Assembly (NCBI GenBank): GCA_964016885.1
Contig: OZ024741.1
Coordinates: 267,282,001-267,346,000, forward strand
Length of the DNA: 64,000 nt
Reading direction: 5' to 3'
Source: Eledone cirrhosa
Taxonomy: Eukaryota
The translations under genes were made by a program, and so were the position numbers. Shown here piece after piece: positions 54,322 through 64,000 of this stretch; position 1 is the first letter of the stretch, and every line of letters begins with the position of its first letter. The notes beneath the pieces were generated by a model that worked only from the letters and a program-made list of their open reading frames with translations, made no database searches and had not been told where the DNA came from.

Positions 54322-55600
54322 ATATTTCCGATCTGCTTGTTTAGATTTTTTATCGATTTTTTATCGAAATTTTGCCTTATTTCTTGTATTTCCTAACACT
54401 GAAACTATGTAAAAACATACACTGGATCCAGATACAGATAATATTCTATGTTTCTTGAAACATATATTTACTATAATCCCCTTCTCCAACCCCCCCCTTT
54501 CCCCCATACTATTATCATCTGTGTTTGTAAGCGTGTATGTATGAATATATATGTAGGTAGGTGTATATATGTTTGGGTATTTATATCTGAATATAAAAAT
54601 ACATATATGCGCATGCAAATAAGAATGTAAGATTGTGTGTATATATATGTGTGTATGTATATATATATGTGTATATATGCATGTGTATATATATGTGTAT
54701 ATGTATATATATATATATATATGTGTATATGTGTATATGTGTGTGGGCGTGTATGTGTGTGTGTGTATATATATATGTATATATATATGTGTGTGTATGT
54801 ATGTATATATATATATATATATGTGTGTATATGTATGTATGTTTCTCTATATATATGTCTATCTTCGTATCTATGTGGGTATATGTGTGTATGTACATGT
54901 ATGCACATGTATGTGTTTATGTGTATATGTGTGTATGTGTATATATGTACGTGTGCGCACATATATATGTGAGTGTGTGTGTGTGTGTGTGTATATGTAT
55001 ATATATATGTATATCTATGTGTCTATATATGTCTATATTCGTATGTGTATATATATATATTATTTATTATTATAATATAACTTATGTGTATGTGTGTATA
55101 TGTGAGGGTGTGTATATGTATATATATGTGTATATATGTGTGTAAAAAATATATGTGTATGTGTGTTTTTTGTGTGTGTGTATATATATGTATGTATATA
55201 TGTGTGTATGTGTGTGTTTGTATGTGTGTTTATGGTTGTATGTGTGTGTGGGTGTATATATATAAATGTATGTGTATATATATATATATATGTGTATATG
55301 TATCTCTATTAATGTGTGTATATATGTATATGTATATACCTTTTTCTTTGTATGTCTGAGTTGTGTGAGAGTGTAGTGGTGTTTGTATGTATATACGCAT
55401 ATATGGATGCGTATGTATTTGTATATATGAGTATATGTAAGTGCGTATGTATGTATGAATATATATCTATGTCTATGTATGTGTATATATGTGTGTGTAT
55501 GTATGTTGTGTGTGTATGTATGTATGTGTCTATGTGTGTATATATATATATGTATGTGTGTATGTGTATGTATGTACACATATATGTCTATCTATGTGTG

Positions 55601-55647
<47 letters not shown>

Positions 55648-56294
55648 ATATATATATATATATATATATTTTCTTGATATATTTCTTTTTTCTTTTTTCT
55701 TTTTCTTTTCTTTCCTTTTTAATTTTTATTTTTTATTTCTTAGTTTATAGATACATCTATAAATAAGCAGTCTGCCCAAACCGTTGAATACTGACCTCTC
55801 CCCTCCCCCCCTCCCACCTAATTTCTGTATCTTGATCTAAATGTGTGTGGCAGTGTTTATGTGAGTGAATTAATATCCATGTGCTTATGATAATATTATA
55901 TCCACATATATATATGTGTGTGGGGGTGTGTGTGTGTATGTATGTTCGTAATTATGTGTATGTTTATGCATATATGCGCGCGTGTGTGTGATTGTACGGA
56001 TATGTGTGAGTATGAGAATATGTGTATACACTTATTTCATATTTATGTGTCTATACGCATCTTATCTGTGCATTATAAACTTACAGAGACATTAACCTTG
56101 AAATTTTGTATTTGCATGCATCTTTTTGGTATGCGTATGCATGTTGAGCATACATTTTTGTATAAATATGTGTACGGTGAGTTACATGTATATACACACA
56201 CCGAATTGCATAAAACCTTTTGTATTTTCATTGGTCAATTTTGTTCCCAAACGGACCTGAAATTTTGAATTGTTGTTATTATCAATAAATATAT

Positions 56295-56448
56295 TTCATT
56301 ATTTCTGAAGACGGCATATATATGTGTTGGTATGTATATTTAATCTTGATAGTTTGTATAATTTTGTATAATTTTGTACATAGATCTGTTGAATATGCAT
56401 GCCAATTCTAACACATATATATCCTAGAAACGATCGTTAAATAATGAA
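56295..56448 (+). ncRNA. Hammerhead ribozyme in the inverted pLTR arm
   Basis: Reverse-complement copy of 48242-48395. Confidence 0.8.
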
Positions 56449-56502
56449 CTTTTTTTGTTTAATATAAGGAACTGTTTCATTGTTTTATTCATTATTTGTT
56501 TA

Positions 56503-56549
<47 letters not shown>

Positions 56550-56554
<5 letters not shown>

Positions 56555-57213
56555 AAGTTAAGAATAACGTCCTCGAAATTGAAAGTGGATTTTTTGACAA
56601 GTGAATGTGTTTTTTTTTTTTTTTACAATGAAATTTACGATACACTCTTTGTTTATTTACAACAGGTCTCTATAGTGATATGGTGTTAATTAGTATTGCG
56701 TGTGTGATTATTTTCTCTTATATATATATGTGTGGGTGTGTATATGTGTGTATATATATGTGTCTGTATGTATATATATATATATGTGTGTTTGTATATA
56801 TATATGTGTTTGTGTCATCATCATCGTTTAGATGTTTTTGTAATATCTTGCCAAAGTTGGCACCAACTATAAACAAATTAAGGCCGGGTCATAAGAAGGA
56901 CAGAGAATGATAAGGGATTTGGGTAAAAACATCTAAACGATGATGATGACACAAACACATATATATATACAAACACACATATATATATACATACAGACAC
57001 ACATATATATACACACATATACACACCCACACATATATATATAAGAGAAAATAATCACACACGCAATACTAATTAACACCATATCACTATAGAGACCTGT
57101 TGTAAATAAACAAAGAGTGTATCGTAAATTTCATTGTAAAAAAAAACAAAAAACACATTCACTTGTCAAAAAATCCACTTTCAATTTCGAGGACGTTATT
57201 CTTAACCTATGCC
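56550..57213. repeat. Fold-back inverted repeat (arms 56550-56839 and 56925-57213)
   Basis: About 290-bp near-perfect arms. The inner ends carry an RTE-like TAAACGATGATGATG tail. Confidence 0.9.
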
Positions 57214-58303
57214 TATAGAGAACTTAAGTTCAAGACTGAGTGGTCGAGAGAAAAAAGACACACGTCTGATTGCCGCAGTCGTAAGTGAGAAGAGAACTGC
57301 TAAAGGGTCAGGTGAGGGGGTGAGAGGGAGAAAGGGAGAGGAAGAAAGTGGGGTAAGAGTAGATAGGGAGAAGGGGAGTGGAAGAAAGGGGGGTGAGAGT
57401 AGAAAGTAGCGAAATAGGTAGGTAGAAGGGGAGAGAAGAATGGTCACAGCGAAAATATGATGAAATATATGAAGAATAGAAATGGCTGTGTAGTTGCTAT
57501 TTAAGGTATCTTAAAATGCAGTGGGAATAAGAAGAAAGCAATAACGGGGGGGGGGGGATTGTGTTTTCCTCATCAGTTGTCTACTGGGGGTCTCGGATAT
57601 TTCTACGCTTTAAAGACAATATATCTACCGCCCAGGGTGTCAATAACTGGATAAGTTATTGGGAAAATGGAGGAGGGAGGGAGGGAGGGAAAGCAAAAGA
57701 GAAGAAAAGAGAAGAAAAGAGAAAACAGTAAAAAAACAGCGAAAAAAACCCAACAAACCGAGCAATGTGCGAGCAACTTAAGGTAAGGAAAATATACACA
57801 CACACACAATCACATACTGGCTAAAACAAAGGGTTCAGAGAACTCTTCAGTAGTGTGAAAGACATAACAATTACCCAGGTCCTGATACCACAATAGAATG
57901 CACCCAGTGTACTCTGAAGAGTGCATGGAATGTATATAAATGTGATGTGTCCCATGGCCCACATAAGAGGCTAATAGCTCTGATTAAGTACTGACTTGGT
58001 TTGTCATGACCCATCGAACCCTTGCTAGCAGAGTAAACAGTCATTAAATGATGACTATGATGATGATGAACTGTAATTTTCTGATCATTGCCTGGTATTT
58101 TGGAGATAAGCATTCCTCAAATATAATATTGGTTTCCTGAAATGATCTTGTAATATGTGATTGTTTATTGATTTGATTGATTAATTAATTAATCTGCAAA
58201 TCATTATTTCTATATTTTGTGATTATATTTCATTAAAATTGAAATGAACATAGAAATTAATAAAATGATTTGAAGTGTAATCTTTGGTTTTTCACCTAAA
58301 TTT

Positions 58304-58341
<38 letters not shown>

Positions 58342-58565
58342 CAGAAAGTTCAGTAAGTCGAAAGAAAACTGATGAGAGAACCAAGGTCAGCACTTGACGC
58401 AGAGCAGAGTGTATATAAAAACAAAGTCTTATGTAACTTTTCTAAAAAGAAAATCATACACAAAATGCCAGTACCAACAGTTTTGCAAGAGATTATTTTT
58501 ATCTAGAGACATTTTTTCCAATTCCATCCCGCCTGTCCCCTTAATCTATTTTATTTCTCATTCTT

Positions 58566-58601
58566 TCTTCTGATGAAGGACTAGCGTCCGAAACGTTAAG
58601 A
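58566..58601 (+). ncRNA. Minimal hammerhead lacking a stem III loop
   Basis: UCUU-CUGAUGA-A-GGAC-UAGC-GUCC-GAAAC-GUU-AAGA. Confidence 0.75.
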
Positions 58602-58701
58602 CCCTCTTCCTGCTATATCAAGTGTTAACCTAATATATACCTTCCATATACTGTACCGATTGTGTTGTTATTTCTGTTTACCTTTTACATATATATATAT
58701 A

Positions 58702-59372
58702 TTAGGGAAATTTGACAGTAGAAGTTGCAGTGATAGACACATTTTTCAAATGCAGGTAGGATCTATAGAGGTGGTTGATAGCTTCCGATACCTAGGTGAT
58801 CAGATTAGCAAACAAGGAGGGTACTCCGAGGCCATAGTATCTAAAATAAGGACGGGCTGGAAGAAGTTTAGGGAGCTGCTTCCTCTGTTGACAAAGAAGG
58901 GTTTCTCCCAACGAATTAAAGGCTGGTTATATGATGCCTGTGTGAGATGTGCGATGTTGCATGGTAGTGAGACATGGGCAGCAACTGCGGAGGATATGCG
59001 ATGGCTGGAGAGAAATGAAGCAAGCATGCTCTGTTGGATGTGCAATGTCAATGTGTGTGAACAACCAAGCATAGACGAGTTGAGAGAGAAACTGTGTATA
59101 AGAGGGATAGGCTGTAGTGTGTGGGAAAGAAGACTGCATTAGTATGGAGATGTGATGCACATGGAGGTGCCAAGAAATCCCAGTAGAAGGAAGATGCAGT
59201 AGAGGAAGATGACGAAAATCATGGGTGGAGGTGGTGAAAGCTGACCTCAGATCGCTGGAGCTCATGGAGAAGATGACGAAGGACTGTTATGAATGGAGAG
59301 GTGCTGTGCTGAATAGGACCCATCCCCACCCTTGCAAGCAGGGAAAAGTGGACGTAAAATGATGATGATGAT
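58702..59372 (+). mobile_element. RTE family-2 3' fragment
   Basis: SIEVVDSFRYLG..ERRL homologous to 20316..21479, with an (ATG)n tail. Confidence 0.9.
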
Positions 59373-59377
59373 ATATG

Positions 59378-59965
59378 GGACCAGTGATGCAAATCAGCAG
59401 CAGTGTTGCAATTAATGACATGAAAACAGACAAAGCAGTGGGGTCATCTGGAATAGTTACTGACATGTTGAAAGCATCTGGGATGGTAGGACACACCATA
59501 ACCATCCATATTGTAAACCAAGTTATACAAAATGGTGCTATACCCAATGACAGGTGTAGCAGCATTATCATCAACTGCTACAAGGGCAGGGGTGATGCCC
59601 TAGACAGGGGGAACTGATGAATCAGGTCATGAGAGTTACAGAAAAAGTCATTGAACAATTGATTGGGGATCGAATTAACTCAGAGGATATGTAGTTCGGA
59701 TTTGTCCCAATTCTGTAATCTGGTGGGCACTTATGAAATGAGGAGTAGAAGAATGGCTTATGAGGGCAGTACAAGCCATGTACAGAGGTAATGTCAGCAA
59801 GGTTAAAATTAATAATGACTGTAGTGAGGAGTTTAGTGTGCAAGTTGGGGTCCACCAATGCTCTAGTCCTCCCTTGTTTATTATTGTCCTCCAGGCTATA
59901 ACAGAAAAGTTTAAAACAGGATGCTCTTGGGAACTCATGTATGCTAATGACCTAACCATTTGTGA
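59378..59965 (+). mobile_element. Old internal RTE RT fragment
   Basis: MKTDKAVGSSGIV..CYKGRGDAL and VGVHQ..KTGCSWELMYAND, with stops. Confidence 0.8.
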
Positions 59966-59974
59966 GCTGACTTT

Positions 59975-60540
59975 ACTCATTTCACTGATCATGGGGTTGA
60001 TTAGACGACATTTTGGGTTTGCAGTAAAATTTTCTTTATGGTCCTTCAGCAGGAGGTAGGGTTTTCATAGTGTGAACCGCTCAGCTCTGTTTGCTATTCC
60101 CAGTTGTGTAGCAAGCATTTTCGCTTCATCCTTGATGCCATTGTACACAATGTGGTTGTTGGTTTTTTGTAGGTTTTCTGTGATGTTACTGGACAGTAGT
60201 GAATCATACAATGGTTTATCTAATTTGTAGGTGTTCCTGGTTTCTATCGACTCATATGAATAGGTTCCTTGAATTTTTTAAAGGGAGTAGGTGTTCCTTG
60301 AGGTCTTATTGGAACTTATTTGTGTATTTTTTAAATTTTACTTTTTTAATTAGGTTGATTAGGTCGGCTTCAAAGAGTAACATATCCTTGTTGTAAGGGT
60401 TTTTTTTTAATGAATTGAATCCAAACTTATTCCCAGGAGCAGAAGAGGGTATATTCCCATCAAAGAAATAGGCCTTCCATTTTATATGCTTGAGCACACT
60501 TTCCATTTTTTTGATGAGTCGCTTGGTGTACAAATTCCTA
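59975..60540 (-). mobile_element. Degenerate N-terminal fragment of a second Naiad-like PLE
   Basis: IKWKAYFF..FGFNS..FEADL..VKFK, then LKDHKENFTANPKCRLINP downstream; homologous to the start of 52042..54321. Confidence 0.8.
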
Positions 60541-61379
60541 TACTAAGCGGCTCAATGAAAAATGATGGTGATGATGAGGATGATGATGATATATATATAT
60601 ATATGGGTGATTCAGTGATTTACTGGTGGTTGTACCAATATGAGCACTTGATACACAGGCAGAGTGTATATATTAAGAAAAAGCGATGAAGTTTTGTTTA
60701 CATGTTTTTATTGATTGGCGACTTGTTACATATGTTTCACAGACGATTGGCTCAAGGTCCTCTATGAATGCTATGGACTCATCCCCAGCATCAATCTGCT
60801 TGTCAGACTTGGTGATTGAATAAAAAAACAGAGTGTGTTTGAGGTAATCGGTAAAGTGTTGGGTATATATAATCTCCAGCCCTTTTGGCGTGTGTGTGCT
60901 CATATGCAAGTGTTTGAGTGTGTAGATATGTTCACTTGTGTGTGTATGCATGTATATATATATATTTATGCCTGTGTGTTTTTTTGTGAGTGTGTGTATA
61001 TGCATGGGTGTGTGTGGTTCTGGGTGTGTGAAGACCAGAGGGGCTTGGTCAGTCAGGCATCCACAATCAAGCATTGTCAGATGGACATCCTGTTTTCCAA
61101 TCCAAAACAGGAGACAATAAACTCCTCACTCAAAGGGATGATGTAGAATTTAGTATCGTTATACGGTGGTATCAGGTTACATTTTCTGGACAGGCAGCAA
61201 CAACCACCATGACAATGACATGTTAGGTGATAATAATTAGGTACAATGTACCTGCACCCCACTGGCTCCTCAGCACCAATCCTCCTATAGATCTCTGCCT
61301 TATTACCTCTAACTCTTGTAGATTCTTAAGCCTGCAATAAACTATAAGCATGACATGAGTTATCTCCCTTCACCTCTCA

Positions 61380-64000
61380 ACTTAAAAAAGGGGTTTCCAG
61401 TTGAAATCATTGTTTCAGGTATTTACTATTAGATCTTCATCTAAGCCCACATCATTAGTGACTGTTCCATTTCCTATGCTAAGAAGCCAGGCATTGAATT
61501 TATTCGCATATTCTCAGTTAAAGTAAAAATTGTCACATCTGACCACAGAGGAGAATATTTGATAGAAGATTCAATTATAGCAGCATTTGACCCTCGGAAT
61601 AATCAGCGCAGTTTGCCTAAAGTCCCTTCCTTTGGATTGGCAGTATCGGTAGAGAGTCGGATGCCATGCTTTGACGCATTGAGTTACGGCCCTTGCCATT
61701 CTGAGTTCAAATCCCGCCGAGGTTAACTTTGCTTTTCATCCTTACGGGGTCGATAAAATAAAGTACCAGTAATACACTGGGTAATTGCTGGCCTTGTGCC
61801 AAAAGTAGAAACAATTATTTCCTTTAGCAGTAGATCAATGCACCTCAATGCATTTTCTGAAAGCATTGATGCCTCATCAATTATTATTAGGTCAGCTAAT
61901 TTTAATTTTTCAGAGCGCTGTGATGGAATCTTCATTAGTGATGTAGAGTTTTCCAAGATAGGGATTGGGAGCTTAAAGCCACTGTGTACAGTTCTTCCTT
62001 GGTGCAATAGATCAGCCACAATGCTTGTTGTAGCAAATGAGAGAATATGCTTTCCTTGACGACTCAAATGCGATAACAAGGTATTATAGAGATATGTTTT
62101 TCCTGTACCATCAGGGCCATCTAAGAAGAAAAATCTGCTGGGTCGGTGTTCTTCATCAATAGCTATGACAATTTGATCAAACACACAACACTGATTGTCT
62201 GTCAAAGAGGTAATTTGTGCTTCCACTTCAAGGTCATCCTGGTTTTGTTTTACATTCTGGGCATTCATCAAAGGCATATCAACAATTGGAAGATGCAACT
62301 CTCGGCATGTCAAACCTTGCAAGGACAATGTTGTTTCAATTTCTCGTAAAGCTAGTTGTACTGAAATTTTTCTAGTGTGATGTCTAAGGAAGTCTTCAGC
62401 CAAACTTTCTTCAAACTTGTTGAACAGGACATCAGGATTGACTGGATTATTGAAAATGCAAATGCATGCAAACAGCTGCATATTTGTCAAAGGAGCCTCT
62501 TCTAAACATCTTCTCCACTCATTGTCATTTTGAACCAACTGCCGGTGCTCTGTTGCTTCTTTATAACTGCCGCATATGACCTCATCCATGGTTTTCAGTT
62601 CTTCAAAACTTCAAGCTCCTTTAACGTGCAGCAACAAAGTCTCATATAAAATCTTTCCTGATACTTGGGGTTGACAGAATACATTCGACTTATGATTTTG
62701 TCAGCTCCACATTGTCTGGGTGTCCACTGCATCATTTTCTTATTGTAGACATAATGATAAGGAATGTCTACAGATATTGTCTTGCATTTTCATCATTTTG
62801 GTTGAGCAAGAACCATGTTGTTAAAAGAGTGTCCTCTTTCTAGCGCTTATCTTTCTTGTCCCTCCTCAAAATAGACGGACTGTTCCTGCGAGAGATGAAC
62901 AGGAAGGTGACTAATTGCACGGGATTTGTCATGCACTTTGAATTGAAGCAATCGCCACATTCCTTCAATTCAAAGTGCAATCGCCACATTCCTTCTAGAG
63001 CACTCACATATCTGGCATCTAGAAAATTCTTGATTTCATCATGAATTATGACATTGCTGTCAGTTGCTTCACTGATGCCTATGGTTATGGAATCATAGCC
63101 TTTGTATTTATACACATATTTCTTGGAGCGGATGAAGGCGCAAATTTTTACATTGACGTGGCAGTTGTATTTGTGACTTAGATATTTGTTATAAGGTACA
63201 ACATATCGGTTGTCCACTACTTTCTGAACAACGTTTAATGTTGAACCTGAATGTCTTCTGTAGGATGGATAACTATCTTGGTTTTTAAATGTTTGGAAAA
63301 GCCTTTTGAGCAGTTGTTATTTTCTATGCATGGCGTGTTAGGGTTTTGTTCACCACAAGGACTGTGAATCATAAATTTCTTAACAATTTCATAGAGTACT
63401 GGTTCTGTCTCTGGATCAGGAATTTCAGCACACACAATTTTGTCAATTCTTTCAGTTGAGTTTGGTTTATCTTCTGGATGAAATATTAATAATAAATGGG
63501 CGTGTGGCAGTCCTCTCTTCTGAAATTCTATGGTGTAACAATGTCAACAACTCAGCCAATCACATGTGTTTTTGTTACATCAATTATTAGTTCCTGCAAC
63601 TTCATATTGAACACCCAAGCCACTAAATCTGGCCTACTGGAGGCTGTTTGACCTGGAAAAAGGTTGTATCTCGGGCCAATTAGGGTTGCAAGTCATTGTA
63701 AGAGATATATCAGGTGAACCAAATTTTCTCACAATTACTAATGCATCTTGGTATCACTCTATTTCTTGATGATTCTTGGAATGATGATAGAAGAATGACT
63801 GTCCGTCCAATTCAAGCATCTTCAGTATTTGCTGCATTGGCTAAATGGTCAGCAAATCCTTGATATTGTTTCACTTTCGGATTGTTTTCTCGTGTTCGTA
63901 CGTAATTTAAATTGTTAGCTTCAACTTGTAAGTAAGAATCAACAACCTACTGTTGAAAAAGTTTTCCTCTGTGTAAAAGAGGATTGAATTCATTATCCCT
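61380..64000 (-). pseudogene. Second degenerate Helitron RepHel (continues beyond the window)
   Basis: IEFQKRGLPHAHLL (about 63490-63535), CAEIPD, VVPYNKYL, FFLDGPDGTGKT and IIIDEASM. Confidence 0.9.
61634..61813 (+). mobile_element. tRNA-derived SINE inserted in the Helitron helicase
   Basis: Same family, followed by ATTATTTCCTTT. TTCCTTT is repeated just upstream. Confidence 0.88.

Larger units (their letters stand above)
48045..56510 (-). mobile_element. Naiad-like Penelope element with a ~4-kb 3' region and an inverted 5' pLTR
   Basis: The ORF 52042..54321 is flanked by inverted arms 48182-51085 and 54367-56510, with HHRs at 48242-48395 (-) and 56295-56448 (+). Confidence 0.9.

Noticed and set aside
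57560-57860. Minus-strand CUGAUGA (about 57570) and CUGAAGA-GUUC..GAAC (about 57845) motifs
   Set aside because: No complete hammerhead could be folded.

Overview
AT-rich, repeat-saturated eukaryotic DNA, most likely from an octopod cephalopod. This is inferred from the RTE LINE and tRNA-SINE families and the (TA)n density, and is not proven. The only host gene I can support is three phase-0 coiled-coil exons on + (39159-39365, 44402-44512, 46008-46169) resembling FAM184A/B. The rest is nested transposons: two RTE LINE families whose RT domain carries an embedded PHD-like finger; two degenerate autonomous Helitrons and one non-autonomous one; a Tigger/pogo element; a hAT element with an 8-bp TSD; a CR1 3' end; tRNA-SINEs with a strict ATTAT target; a Neptune-like Penelope-like element (PLE); and a Naiad-like PLE with an open 759-aa ORF between roughly 2.1-2.9 kb inverted pLTR arms. 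The most striking signal is about ten unrelated families of short, mostly non-coding elements carrying type I hammerhead ribozyme (HHR) folds, mostly inserted in or beside (TA)n tracts. They occur as circularly permuted monomers, 1.2-1.4-mer tandems and long fold-back hairpins, which looks like a retrozyme/pLTR circular-RNA system. All ribozyme calls are by-eye folds, not tested. Most ORF-track entries (YI/IY/CV-rich) are microsatellite artefacts.
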